In this document: positions 29,001 through 44,000 of the stretch, in pieces
How positions within the stretch are numbered: the stretch's first letter is position 1
Layout: every line of letters begins with the position of its first letter
The notes under the pieces: model-generated
Told to the model about the DNA's origin: nothing
The model's input: only the letters and a program-made list of their open reading frames with translations
Databases searched by the model: none
Program-made: the position numbers and the translations under genes
From: Eledone cirrhosa
Taxonomy: Eukaryota
DNA length: 64,000 nt
NCBI GenBank assembly: GCA_964016885.1
Contig: OZ024758.1
Span: forward strand, 38,440,001-38,504,000
Direction of reading: 5' to 3'

Positions 29001-32000
29001 CATGGTACTGGCTGTCAGAAGTAACCCCAATGTTGGTGAGAATTCATTTAAGTTCATGGTATTAGCTGTCAGAAGTCACTCCAATGTTGGTGAGAATTCA
29101 TTTAAGTTCATGGTATTAGCTGTGAGAAGTCACTCCACTGTTGGTGAGAATTCATTTAAGTTCATGGTATTAGCTGTCAGAAGTACCTCCACTGTTGGTG
29201 AGAATTCATTTAAGTTCATGGTATTAGCTGTCAGAAGTAACTCCACTGTTGGTGAGAATTCATTTAAGTTCATGGTATTAGCTGTCAGAAGGAACTCCAA
29301 TGTTGGTGAGAATTCATTTAAGTCATGGTACTAGCTGTCAGAAGTAAATCCACTGTTGGTGAGAATTCATTTAAGTTCATGGTATTAGCTGTCAGAAGTA
29401 ATTCCACTGTTGGTGAGAATTCATTTAAGTTCATGGTACTAGCTGTCAGAAGTAACTCCAATGTTGGTGAGAATTCATTTAAGTTCATGGTATTAGCTGT
29501 CAGAAGGAACTCCACTGTTGGTGGGAATTCATTTAAGTTCATGGTATTAGCTGTCAGAAGTAACTCCACTGTTGGTGAGAATTCATTTAAGTTCATGGTA
29601 CTAGTTGTCAGAAGTAACTCCACTGTTGGTGAGAATTCATTTAAGTTCATGTTACTAGCTGTCAGAAGTAACTCCACTGTTGGTGAGAATTCATTTAAGT
29701 TCATGGTATTAGTTTGTCAGAAGTAACTCCACTGTTGGTGAGAATTCATTTAAGTTCATGGTACTAGCTGTCAGAAGTAACTCCAATGTTGGTGAGAATT
29801 CATTTAAGTTCATGGTATTAGCTGTCAGAAGTAACTCCACTGTTGGTGAGAATTCATTTAAGTTCATGGTACTAGCTGTCAGAAGTAACTCCAATGTTGG
29901 TGAGAATTCATTTAAGTTCATGGTATTAGCTGTCAGAAGTAACTCCACTGTTGGTGAGAATTCATTTAAGTCATGGTATTAGCTGTCAGAAGTAACTCCA
30001 ATGTTGGTGAGAATTCATTTAAGTTCATGGTATTAGCTGTCAGAAGTAACTCCACTGTTGGTGAGAATTCATTTAAGTTCACGGTACTAGCTGTCAGAAG
30101 TAACTCCACTGTTGGTGAGAATTCATTTAAGTTCATGGTATTAGTTTGTCAGAAGTAACTCCACTGTTGGTGAGAATTCATTTAAGTCGTGGTATTAGTT
30201 GTCAGAAGTTTACTCCAATGTTGGTGAGAATTCATTTAAGTTCATGGTACTAGCTGTCAGAAGTAACTCCACTGTTGGTGAGAATTCATTTAAGTTCATG
30301 GTATTAGCTGTCAGAAGGAACTCCACTGTTGCTGAGAATTCATTTAAGTTCATGGTATTAGCTGTCAGAAGTAACTCCACTGTTGGTGAGAATTCATTTA
30401 AGTTCATGGTACTAGCTGTCAGAAGTAACTCCACTGTTGGTGAGAATTCATTTAAGTTCATGGTACTAGCTGTCCGAAGTAACCCCAATGTTGGTGAGAA
30501 TTCATTTAAGTTCATGGTATTAGCTGTCAGAAGTCACTCCAATGTTGGTGAGAATTCATTTAAGTTCATGGTATTAGCTGTCAGAAGTAACTCCACTGTT
30601 GGTGAGAATTCATTTAAGTTCATGGTATTAGCTGTCAGAAGTAACTCCACTGTTGGTGAGAATTCATTTAAGTTCATGGTATTAGCTGTCAGAAGGAACT
30701 CCACTGTTGGTGAGAATTCATTTAAGTTCATGGTACTAGCTGTCAGAAGTAACTCCACTGTTGGTGAGAATTCATTTAAGTTCATGGTATTAGTTTGTCA
30801 GAAGTAACTCCACTGTTGGTGAGAATTCATTTAAGTCATGGTATTAGTTGTCAGAAGTAACTCCAATGTTGGTGAGAATTCATTTAAGCCATGGTACTAG
30901 CTGTAAGAAGTAACTCCAATGTTGGTGAGAATTCATTTAAGTTCATGGTATTAGCTGTCAGAAGGAACTCCACTGTTGGTGAGAATTCATTTAAGTTCAT
31001 GGTATTAGCTGTCAGAAGTAACTCCACTGTTGGTGAGAATTCATTTAAGTTCATGGTACTAGCTGTCAGAAGTAACTCCAATGTTGGTGAGAATTCATTT
31101 AAGTTCATGGTATTAGCTCTCAGAAGTAACTCCACTGTTGGTGAGAGTTCATTTAAGTCATGGTATTAGCTGTCAGAAGTAACTCCAATGTTGGTGAGAA
31201 TTCATTTAAGTTCATGGTATTAGCTGTCAGAAGTAACTCCACTGTTGGTGAGAATTCATTTAAGTTCATGGTATTAGCTGTCAGAAGTAACTCCACTGTT
31301 GGTGAGAATTCATTTAAGTCATGGTATTAGTTGTCAGAAGTAACTCCAATGTTGGTGAGAATTCATTTGAGTTCATGGTATTAGCTGTCAGAAGGAACTC
31401 CACTGTTGGTGAGAATTCATTTAAGTTCATGGTATTAGCTGTCAGAAGGAACTCCAATGTTGGTGAGAATTCATTTAAGTCATGGTACTAGCTGTCAGAA
31501 GTAACTCCACTGTTGGTGAGAATTCATTTAAGTTCATGGTATTAGCTGTCAGAAGGAACGCCACTGTTGGTGAGAATTCATTTAAGTTCATGGTATTAGC
31601 TGTCAGAAGTAACTCCACTGTTGGTGAGAATTCATTTAAGTTCATGGTACTAGCTGTCAGAAGTAACTCCAATGTTGGTGAGAATTCATTTAAGTTCATG
31701 GTATTAGCTGTCAGAAGGAACTCCACTGTTGGTGAGAATTCATTTAAGTTCATGGTATTAGCTGTCAGAAGTAACTCCACTGTTGGTGAGAATTCATTTA
31801 AGTTCATGGTATTAGCTGTCAGAAGTCACTCCAATGTTGGTGAGAATTCATTTAAGTTCATGGTATTAGCTGTCAGAAGTCACTCCACTGTTGGTGAGAA
31901 TTCATTTAAGTTCATGTTACTAGCTGTCCGAAGTAACCCCAATGTTGGTGAGAATTCATTTAAGTTCATGGTATTAGCTGTCAGAAGTCACTCCAATGTT

Positions 32001-35000
32001 GGTGAGAATTCATTTAAGTTCATGGTATTAGCTGTCAGAAGTAACTCCACTGTTGGTGAGAATTCATTTAAGTTCATGGTATTAGCTGTCAGAAGTAACT
32101 CCACTGTTGGTGAGAATTCATTTAAGTTCATGGTATTAGCTGTCAGAAGGAACTCCACTGTTGGTGAGAATTCATTTAAGTTCATGGTACTAGCTGTCAG
32201 AAGTAACTCCACTGTTGGTGAGAATTCATTTAAGTTCATGGTATTAGTTTGTCAGAAGTAACTCCACTGTTGGTGAGAATTCATTTAAGTCATGGTATTA
32301 GTTGTCAGAAGTAACTCCAATGTTGGTGAGAATTCATTTAAGCCATGGTACTAGCTGTCAGAAGTAACTCCAATGTTGGTGAGAATTCATTTAAGTTCAT
32401 GGTATTAGCTGTCAGAACGAACTCCACTGTTGGTGAGAATTCATTTAAGTTCATGGTATTAGCTGTCAGAAGTAACTCCACTGTTGGTGAGAATTCATTT
32501 AAGTTCAGGGTACTAGCTGTCAGAAGTAACTCCAATGTTGGTGAGAATTCATTTAAGTTCATGGTATTAGCTGTCAGAAGGAACTCCACTGTTGGTGAGA
32601 ATTCATTTAAGTTCATGGTATTAGCTGTCAGAAGTAACTCCACTGTTGGTGAGAATTCATTTAAGTCATGTTATTAGCTGTCAGAAGTAACTTCATTGTT
32701 GGTGAGAATTCATTTAAGTCATGGTATTAGCTGTCAGAGGTAACTCCACTGTTGGTGAGAATTCATTTAAGTTCATGGTACTAGCTGTCAGAAGTAACTC
32801 CAATGTTGGTGAGTATTCATTTAAGTTCATGGTATTAGCTGTCAGAAGTAACTCCACTGTTGGTGAGAATTCATTTACGTCATGGTATTAGCTGTCAGAA
32901 GTAACTCCAATGTTGGTGAGAATTCATTTAAGTTCATGGTATTAGCTGTCAGAATTAACTCCAATGTTGGTGAGAATTCATTTAAGTTCATGGTATTAGC
33001 TGTCAGAAGGAACTCCACTGTTGCTGAGAATTCATTTAAGTTCATGGTATTAGCTGTCAGAAGTAACTCCACTGTTGGTGAGAATTCATTTAAGTTCATG
33101 GTACTAGCTGTCAGAAGTAACTCCACTGTTGGTGAGAATTCATTTAAGTTCATGGTATTAGCTGTCAGAAGTCACTCCAATGTTGGTGAGAATTCATTTA
33201 AGTTCATGGTATTAGCTGTCAGAAGTCACTCCACTGTTGGTGAGAATTCATTTAAGTTCATGGTACTAGCTGTCAGAAGTAACCCCAATGTTGGTGAGAA
33301 TTCATTTAAGTTCATCGTATTAGCTGTCAGAAGTCACTCCAATCTTGGTGAGAATTCATTTAAGTTCATGGTATTAGCTGTCAGAAGTAACTCCACTGTT
33401 GGTGAGAATTCATTTAAGTTCATGGTATTAGCTGTCAGAAGTAACTCCACTGTTGGTGAGAATTCATTTAAGTTCATGGTATTAGCTGTCAGAAGGAACT
33501 CCACTGTTGGTGAGAATTCATTTAAGTTCATGGTACTAGCTGTCAGAAGTAACTCCACTGTTGGTGAGAATTCATTTAAGTTCATGGTATTAGTTTGTCA
33601 GAAGTAACTCCACTGTTGGTGAGAATTCATTTAAGTCATGGTATTAGTTGTCAGAAGTAACTCCAATGTTGGTGAGAATTCATTTAAGCCATGGTACTAG
33701 CTGTCAGAAGTAACTCCAATGTTGGTGAGAATTCATTTAAGTTCATGGTATTAGCTGTCAGAACGAACTCCACTGTTGGTGAGAATTCATTTAAGTGCAT
33801 GGTATTAGCTGTCAGAAGTAACTCCACTGTTGGTGAGAATTCATTTAAGTTCATGGTACTAGCTGTCAGAAGTAACTCCACTGTTGGTGAGAATTCATTT
33901 AAGTTCATGGTATTAGTTTGTCAGAAGTACCTCCACTGTTGGTGAGAATTCATTTAAGTCATGGTATTAGTTGTCAGAAGTAACTCCAATGTTGGTGAGA
34001 ATTCATTTAAGTTCATGGTATTAGCTGTCAGAAGGAACTCCACTGTTGGTGAGAATTCATTTAAGTTCATGGTATTAGCTGTCAGAAGGAACTCCAATGT
34101 TGGTGAGAATTCATTTAAGTCATGGTACTAGCTGTCAGAAGTAACTCCACTGTTGGTGAGAATTCATTTAAGTTCATGGTATTAGCTATCAGAAGGAACT
34201 CCACTGTTGGTGAGAATTCATTTAAGTTCATGGTACTAGCTGTCAGAAGTAACTCCACTGTTGGTGAGAATTCATTTAAGTTCATGGTATTAGTTTGTCA
34301 GAAGTAACTCCACTGTTGGTGAGAATTCATTTAAGTCATGGTATTAGTTGTCAGAAGTAACTCCAATGTTGGTGAGAATTCATTTAAGCCATGATACTAG
34401 CTGTCAGAAGTAACTCCAATGTTGGTGAAAATTCATTTAAGTTCATGGTATTAGCTGTCAGAACGAACTCCACTGTTGGTGAGAATTAATTTAAGTTCAT
34501 GGTATTAGCTGTCAGAAGTAACTCCACTGTTGGTGAGAATTCATTTAAGTTCATGGTACTAGCTGTCAGAAGTAACTCCAATGTTGGTGAGAATTCATTT
34601 AAGTTCATGGTATTAGCTGTCAGAAGTAACTCCACTGTTGGTGAGAGTTCATTTAAGTCATGGTATTAGCTGTCAGAAGTAACTCCAATGTTGGTGAGAA
34701 TTCATTTAAGTTCATGGTATTAGCTGTCAGAAGGAACGCCACTGTTGGTGAGAATTCATTTAAGTTCATGGTATTAGCTGTCAGAAGTAACTCCACTGTT
34801 GGTGAGAATTCATTTAAGTTCATGGTACTAGCTGTCAGAAGTAACTCCAATGTTGGTGAGAATTCATTTAAGTTCATGGTATTAGCTGTCAGAAGGAACT
34901 CCACTGTTGGTGAGAATTCATTTAAGTTCATGGTATTAGCTGTCAGAAGTAACTCCACTGTTGGTGAGAATTCATTTAAGCCATGGTATTAGCTGTCAGA

Positions 35001-38000
35001 AGTAACTCCATTGTTGGTGAGAATTCATTTAAGTCATGGTACTAGCTGTCAGAAGTAACTCCAATGTTGGTGAGAATTCATTTAAGTCATGGTACTAGCT
35101 GTCAGAAGTAACTCCAATGTTGGTGAGAATTCATTTAAGTTCATGGTATTAGCTGTCAGAAGGAACTCCACTGTTGGTGAGAATTCATTTAAGTTCATGG
35201 TATTAGCTGTCAGAAGTAACTCCACTGTTGGTGAGAATTCATTTAAGTTCATGGTATTAGCTGTCAGAAGTAACTCCACTGTTGGTGAGAATTCATTTAA
35301 GTTCATGGTACTAGCTGTCAGAAGTAACTCCAATGTTGGTGAGAATTCATTTAAGTTCATGGTATTAGCTGTCAGAAGTAACTCCACTGTTGGTGAGAAT
35401 TCATTTAAGTCATGGTATTAGCTGTCAGAAGTAACTCCAATGTTGGTGAGAATTCATTTAAGTTCATGGTACTAGCTGTCAGAAGTAACTCCAATGTTGG
35501 TGAGAATTCATTTAAGTTCATGGTATTAGCTGTCAGAAGGAACTCCACTGTTGCTGAGAATTCATTTAAGTTCATGGTATTAGCTGTCAGAAGTAACTCC
35601 ACTGTTGGTGAGAATTCATTTAAGTTCATGGTACTAGCTGTCAGAAGTAACTCCACTGTTGGTGAGAATTCATTTAAGTTCATGGTATTAGCTGTCAGAA
35701 GTCACTCCAATGTTGGTGAGAATTCATTTAAGTTCATGGTATTAGCTGTCAGAAGTCACTCCACTGTTGGTGAGAATTCATTTAAGTTCATGGTACTAGC
35801 TGTCCGAAGTAACCCCAATGTTGGTGAGAATTCATTTAAGTTCATGGTATTAGCTGTCAGAAGTCACTCCAATGTTGGTGAGAATTCATTTAAGTTCATG
35901 GTATTAGCTGTCAGAAGTAACTCCACTGTTGGTGAGAATTCATTTAAGTTCATGGTATTAGCTGTCAGAAGTAACTCCACTGTTGGTGAGAATTCATTTA
36001 AGTTCATGGTATTAGCTGTCAGAAGGAACTCCACTGTTGGTGAGAATTCATTTAAGTTCATGGTACTAGCTGTCAGAAGTAACTCCACTGTTGGTGAGAA
36101 TTCATTTAAGTTCATGGTATTAGTTTGTCAGAAGTAACTCCACTGTTGGTGAGAATTCATTTAAGTCATGGTATTAGTTGTCAGAAGTAACTCCAATGTT
36201 GGTGAGAATTCATTTAAGACATGGTACTAGCTGTAAGAAGTAACTCCAAAGTTGGTGAGAATTCATTTAAGTTCATGGTATTAGCTGTCAGAAGGAACTC
36301 CACTGTTGGTGAGAATTCATTTAAGTTCATGGTATTAGCTGTCAGAAGTAACTCCACTGTTGGTGAGAATTCATTTAAGTTCATGGTACTAGCTGTCAGA
36401 AGTAACTCCAATGTTGGTGAGAATTCATTTAAGTTCATGGTATTAGCTGTCAGAAGTAACTCCACTGTTGGTGAGAGTTCATTTAAGTCATGGTATTAGC
36501 TGTCAGAAGTAACTCCAATGTTGGTGAGAATTCATTTAAGTTCATGGTATTAGCTGTCAGAAGTAACTCCACTGTTGGTGAGAATTCATTTAAGTTCATG
36601 GTATTAGCTGTCAGAAGTAACTCCACTGTTGGTGAGAATTCATTTAAGTTCATGGTACTAGCTGTCAGAAGTAACTCCACTGTTGGTGAGAATTCATTTA
36701 AGTTCATGGTATTAGTTTGTCAGAAGTAACTCCACTGTTGGTGAGAATTCATTTAAGTCATGGTATTAGCTGTCAGAAGTAACTCCAATGTTGGTGAAAA
36801 TTCATTTAAGTCATGGTACTAGCTGTCAGAAGTAACTCCAATGTTGGTGAGAATTCATTTAAGTTCATGGTATTAGCTGTCAGAAGGAACTCCACTGTTG
36901 GTGAGAATTCATTTAAGTTCATGGTATTAGCTGTCAGAAGTAACTCCACTGTTGGTGAGAATTCATTTAAGTTCATGGTATTAGCTGTCAGAAGTAACTC
37001 CACTGTTGGTGAGAATTCATTTAAGTTCATGGTACTAGCTGTCAGAAGTAACTCCAATGTTGGTGAGAATTCATTTAAGTTCATGGTATTAGCTGTCAGA
37101 AGTAACTCCACTGTTGGTGAGAATTCATTTAAGTCATGGTATTAGCTGTCAGAAGTAACTCCAATGTTGGTGAGAATTCATTTAAGTTCATGGTACTAGC
37201 TGTCAGAAGTAACTCCAATGTTGGTGAGAATTCATTTAAGTTCATGGTATTAGCTGTCAGAAGTACCTCCACTGTTGGTGAGAATTCATTTAAGTTCATG
37301 GTATTAGCTGTCAGAAGTAACTCCACTGTTGGTGAGAATTCATTTAAGTTCATGGTATTAGCTGTCAGAAGTAACTCCACTGTTGGTGAGAATTCATTTA
37401 AGTTCATGGTACTAGCTGTCAGAAGTAACTCCACTGTTGGTGAGAATTCATTTAAGTTCATGGTACTAGCTGTCAGAAGTAACTCCACTGTTGGTGAGAA
37501 TTCATTTAAGTTCATGGTACTAGCTGTCAGAAGTAACCCCAATGTTGGTGAGAATTCATTTAAGTTCATGGTATTAGCTGTCAGAAGTCACTCCAATGTT
37601 GGTGAGAATTCATTTAAGTTCATGGTATTAGCTGTGAGAAGTCACTCCACTGTTGGTGAGAATTCATTTAAGTTCATGGTATTAGCTGTCAGAAGTACCT
37701 CCACTGTTGGTGAGAATTCATTTAAGTTCATGGTATTAGCTGTCAGAAGTAACTCCACTGTTGGTGAGAATTCATTTAAGTTCATGGTACTAGCTGTCAG
37801 AAGTAACTCCAATGTTGGTGAGAATTCATTTAAGTTCATGGTATTAGCTGTCAGAAGGAACTCCACTGTTGGTGAGAATTCATTTAAGTTCATGGTATTA
37901 GCTGTCAGAAGTAACTCCACTGTTGGTGAGAATTCATTTAAGTTCATGGTACTAGTTGTCAGAAGTAACTCCACTGTTGGTGAGAATTCATTTAAGTTCA

Positions 38001-41000
38001 TGTTACTAGCTGTCAGAAGTAACTCCACTGTTGGTGAGAATTCATTTAAGTTCATGGTATTAGTTTGTCAGAAGTAACTCCACTGTTGGTGAGAATTCAT
38101 TTAAGTTCATGGTACTAGCTGTCAGAAGTAACTCCAATGTTGGTGAGAATTCATTTAAGTTCATGGTATTAGCTGTCAGAAGTAACTCCACTGTTGGTGA
38201 GAATTCATTTAAGTTCATGGTACTAGCTGTCAGAAGTAACTCCAATGTTGGTGAGAATTCATTTAAGTTCATGGTATTAGCTGTCAGAAGTAACTCCACT
38301 GTTGGTGAGAATTCATTTAAGTCATGGTATTAGCTGTCAGAAGTAACTCCAATGTTGGTGAGAATTCATTTAAGTTCATGGTATTAGCTGTCAGAAGTAA
38401 CTCCACTGTTGGTGAGAATTCATTTAAGTTCACGGTACTAGCTGTCAGAAGTAACTCCACTGTTGGTGAGAATTCATTTAAGTTCATGGTATTAGTTTGT
38501 CAGAAGTTTACTCCAATGTTGGTGAGAATTCATTTAAGTTCATGGTACTAGCTGTCAGAGGTAACTCCACTGTTGGTGAGAATTCATTTAAGTTCATGGT
38601 ATTAGCTGTCAGAAGTAACTCCACTGTTGGTGAGAATTGATTTAAGTTCATGGTACTAGCTGTCAGAAGTAACTCCACTGTTGGTGAGAATTCATTTAAG
38701 TTCATGGTATTAGCTGTCAGAAGTAACTCCACTGTTGGTGAGAATTGATTTAAGTTCATGGTACTAGCTGTCAGAAGTAACTCCACTGTTGGTGAGAATT
38801 CATTTAAGTTCATGGTACTAGCTGTCAGAAGTAACTCCACTGTTGGTGAGAATTCAGTTAAGTTCATGGTATTAGTTGTCAGAAGTAACTCCACTGTTGG
38901 TGAGAATTCATTTAAGTTCATGGTATTAGTTTGTCAGAAGTAACTCCACTGTTGGTGAGAATTCATTTAAGTCGTGGTATTAGTTGTCAGAAGTTTACTC
39001 CAATGTTGGTGAGAATTCATTTAAGTTCATGGTACTAGCTGTCAGAAGTAACTCCACTGTTGGTGAGAATTCATTTAAGTTCATGGTATTAGCTGTCAGA
39101 AGTAACTCCACTGTTGGTGAGAATTCATTTAAGTCATGGTATTAGCTGTCAGAAGTAACTCCAATGTTGGTGAGAATTCATTTAAGTCTTGGTACTAGCT
39201 GTCAGAAGTAACTCCAATGTTGGTGAGAATTCAGTTAAGTTCATGGTATTAGCTGTCAGAAGGAACTCCACTGTTGGTGAGAATTCATTTAAGTTCATGG
39301 TATTAGCTGTCAGAAGTAACTCCACTGTTGGTGAGAATTGATTTAAGTTCATGGTACTAGCTGTCAGAAGTAACTCCACTGTTGGTGAGAATTCATTTAA
39401 GTTCATGGTATTAGCTGTCAGAAGTAACTCCACTGTTGGTGAGAATTGATTTAAGTTCATGGTACTAGCTGTCAGAAGTAACTCCACTGTTGGTGAGAAT
39501 TCATTTAAGTTCATGGTACTAGCTGTCAGAAGTAACTCCACTGTTGGTGAGAATTCATTTAAGTTCACGGTACTAGCTGTCAGAAGTAACTCCACTGTTG
39601 GTGAGAATTCATTTAAGTTCATGGTATTAGTTTGTCAGAAGTAACTCCACTGTTGGTGAGAATTCATTTAAGTCGTGGTATTAGTTGTCAGAAGTTTACT
39701 CCAATGTTGGTGAGAATTCATTTAAGTTCATGGTACTAGCTGTCAGAAGTAACTCCACTGTTGGTGAGAATTCATTTAAGTTCATGGTATTAGCTGTCAG
39801 AAGTAACTCCACTGTTGGTGAGAATTCATTTAAGTCATGGTATTAGCTGTCAGAAGTAACTCCAATGTTGGTGAGAATTCATTTAAGTCTTGGTACTAGC
39901 TGTCAGAAGTAACTCCAATGTTGGTGAGAATTCAGTTAAGTTCATGGTATTAGCTGTCAGAAGGAACTCCACTGTTGGTGAGAATTCATTTAAGTTCATG
40001 GTATTAGCTGTCAGAAGTAACTCCAATGTTGGTGAGAATTCAGTTAAGTTCATGGTATTAGCTGTCAGAAGGAACTCCACTGTTGGTGAGAATTCATTTA
40101 AGTTCATGGTATTAGCTGTCAGAAGTAACTCCACTGTTGGTGAGAATTCATTTAAGTTCATGGTACTAGCTGTCAGAAGTAACTCCACTGTTGGTGAGAA
40201 TTCATTTAAGTTCATGGTATTAGCTGTCAGAAGGAACTCCACTGTTGGTGAGAATTCATTTAAGTTCATGGTATTAGCTGTCAGAAGTAACTCCACTGTT
40301 GGTGAGAATTCATTTAAGTGCATGGTATTAGCTGTCAGAAGTAACTCCACTGTTGGTGAGAATTCAGTTAAGTTCATGGTATTAGTTGTCAGAAGTAACT
40401 CCACTGTTGGTGAGAATTCATTTAAATCATGGTATTAGTTGTCAGAAGTAACTCCAATGTTGGTGAGAATTCATTTAAGTTCATGGTACTAGCTGTCAGA
40501 AGTAACTCCACTGTTGGTGAGAATTCATTTAAGTTCATGGTATTAGCTGTCAGAAGGAACTCCACTGTTGGTAAGAATTCATTTAAGTTCATGGTATTAG
40601 CTGTCAGAAGTAACTCCACTGTTGGTGAGAATTCATTTAAGTTCATGGTACTAGCTGTCAGAAGTAACTCCACTGTTGGTGAGAATTCATTTAAGTTCAT
40701 GGTACTAGCTGTCAGAAGTAACCCCAATGTTGGTGAGAATTCATTTAAGTTCATGGTATTAGCTGTCAGAAGTCACTCCAATGTTGGTGAGAATTCATTT
40801 AAGTTCATGGTATTAGCTGTGAGAAGTCACTCCACTGTTGGTGAGAATTCATTTAAGTTCATGGTATTAGCTGTCAGAAGTACCTCCACTGTTGGTGAGA
40901 ATTCATTTAAGTTCATGGTATTAGCTGTCAGAAGTAACTCCACTGTTGGTGAGAATTCATTTAAGTTCATGGTATTAGCTGTCAGAAGTAACTCCACTGT

Positions 41001-44000
41001 TGGTGAGAATTCATTTAAGTTCATGGTACTAGCTGTCAGAAGTAACTCCACTGTTGGTGAGAATTCATTTAAGTTCATGGTACTAGCTGTCAGAAGTAAC
41101 TCCACTGTTGGTGAGAATTCATTTAAGTTCATGGTACTGGCTGTCAGAAGTAACCCCAATGTTGGTGAGAATTCATTTAAGTTCATGGTATTAGCTGTCA
41201 GAAGTCACTCCAATGTTGGTGAGAATTCATTTAAGTTCATGGTATTAGCTGTGAGAAGTCACTCCACTGTTGGTGAGAATTCATTTAAGTTCATGGTATT
41301 AGCTGTCAGAAGTACCTCCACTGTTGGTGAGAATTCATTTAAGTTCATGGTATTAGCTGTCAGAAGTAACTCCACTGTTGGTGAGAATTCATTTAAGTTC
41401 ATGGTATTAGCTGTCAGAAGGAACTCCAATGTTGGTGAGAATTCATTTAAGTCATGGTACTAGCTGTCAGAAGTAAATCCACTGTTGGTGAGAATTCATT
41501 TAAGTTCATGGTATTAGCTGTCAGAAGTAATTCCACTGTTGGTGAGAATTCATTTAAGTTCATGGTACTAGCTGTCAGAAGTAACTCCAATGTTGGTGAG
41601 AATTCATTTAAGTTCATGGTATTAGCTGTCAGAAGGAACTCCACTGTTGGTGGGAATTCATTTAAGTTCATGGTATTAGCTGTCAGAAGTAACTCCACTG
41701 TTGGTGAGAATTCATTTAAGTTCATGGTACTAGTTGTCAGAAGTAACTCCACTGTTGGTGAGAATTCATTTAAGTTCATGTTACTAGCTGTCAGAAGTAA
41801 CTCCACTGTTGGTGAGAATTCATTTAAGTTCATGGTATTAGTTTGTCAGAAGTAACTCCACTGTTGGTGAGAATTCATTTAAGTTCATGGTACTAGCTGT
41901 CAGAAGTAACTCCAATGTTGGTGAGAATTCATTTAAGTTCATGGTATTAGCTGTCAGAAGTAACTCCACTGTTGGTGAGAATTCATTTAAGTTCATGGTA
42001 CTAGCTGTCAGAAGTAACTCCAATGTTGGTGAGAATTCATTTAAGTTCATGGTATTAGCTGTCAGAAGTAACTCCACTGTTGGTGAGAATTCATTTAAGT
42101 CATGGTATTAGCTGTCAGAAGTAACTCCAATGTTGGTGAGAATTCATTTAAGTTCATGGTATTAGCTGTCAGAAGTAACTCCACTGTTGGTGAGAATTCA
42201 TTTAAGTTCACGGTACTAGCTGTCAGAAGTAACTCCACTGTTGGTGAGAATTCATTTAAGTTCATGGTATTAGTTTGTCAGAAGTAACTCCACTGTTGGT
42301 GAGAATTCATTTAAGTCGTGGTATTAGTTGTCAGAAGTTTACTCCAATGTTGGTGAGAATTCATTTAAGTTCATGGTACTAGCTGTCAGAAGTAACTCCA
42401 CTGTTGGTGAGAATTCATTTAAGTTCATGGTATTAGCTGTCAGAAGTAACTCCACTGTTGGTGAGTATTGATTTAAGTTCATGGTACTAGCTGTCAGAAG
42501 TAACTCCACTGTTGGTGAGAATTCATTTAAGTTCATGGTATTAGCTGTCAGAAGTAACTCCACTGTTGGTGAGAATTGATTTAAGTTCATGGTACTAGCT
42601 GTCAGAAGTAACTCCACTGTTGGTGAGAATTCAGTTAAGTTCATGGTACTAGCCGTCAGAAGTAACTCCACTGTTGGTGAGAATTCAGTTAAGTTCATGG
42701 TATTAGTTGTCAGAAGTAACTCCACTGTTGGTGAGAATTCATTTAAGTTCATGGTACTAGCTGTCAGAAGTAACTCCACTGTTGGTGAGAATTCATTTAA
42801 GTTCATGGTATTAGCTGTCAGAAGTAACTCCACTGTTGGTGAGAATTCATTTAAGTCATGGTATTAGTTGTCAGAAGTAACTCCAATGTTGGTGAGAATT
42901 CATTTAAGTTCATGGTACTAGCTGTCAGAAGTAACTCCACTGTTGGTGAGAATTCATTTAAGTTCATGGTATTAGCTGTCAGAAGTAACTCCACTGTTGG
43001 TGAGAATTCATTTAAGTCATGGTATTAGCTGTCAGAAGTAACTCCAATGTTGGTGAGAATTCATTTAAGTCTTGGTACTAGCTGTCAGAAGTAACTCCAA
43101 TGTTGGTGAGAATTCAGTTAAGTTCATGGTATTAGCTGTCAGAAGGAACTCCACTGTTGGTGAGAATTCATTTAAGTTCATGGTATTAGCTGTCAGAAGT
43201 AACTCCACTGTTGGTGAGAATTCATTTAAGTTCATGGTACTAGCTGTCAGAAGTAACTCCACTGTTGGTGAGAATTCATTTAAGTTCATGGTACTAGCCG
43301 TCAGAAGTAACTCCACTGTTGGTGAGAATTCAGTTAAGTTCATGGTATTAGTTGTCAGAAGTAACTCCACTGTTGGTGAGAATTCATTTAAATCATGGTA
43401 TTAGTTGTCAGAAGTAACTCCAATGTTGGTGAGAATTCATTTAAGTTCATGGTACTAGCTGTCAGAAGTAACTCCACTGTTGGTGAGAATTCATTTAAGT
43501 TCATGGTATTAGCTGTCAGAAGTAACTCCACTGTTGGTGGGAATTCATTTAAGTCATGGTATTAGCTGTCAGAAGTAACTCCATTGTTGGTGAGAATTCA
43601 TTTAAGTCATGGTACTAGCTGTCAGAAGTAACTCCACTGTTGGTGAGAATTCATTTAAGTTCATGGTATTAGCTGTCAGAAGGAACTCCACTGTTGGTAA
43701 GAATTCATTTAAGTTCATGGTATTAGCTGTCAGAAGTAACTCCACTGTTGGTGAGAATTCATTTAAGTTCATGGTACTAGCTGTCAGAAGTAACTCCACT
43801 GTTGGTGAGAATTCATTTAAGTTCATGGTACTAGCTGTCAGAAGTAACTCCACTGTTGGTGAGAATTCATTTAAGTTCATGGTACTAGCTGTCAGTAGTA
43901 ACCCCAATGTTGGTGAGAATTCATTTAAGTTCATGGTATTAGCTGTCAGAAGTCACTCCAATGTTGGTGAGAATTCATTTAAGTTCATGGTATTAGCTGT

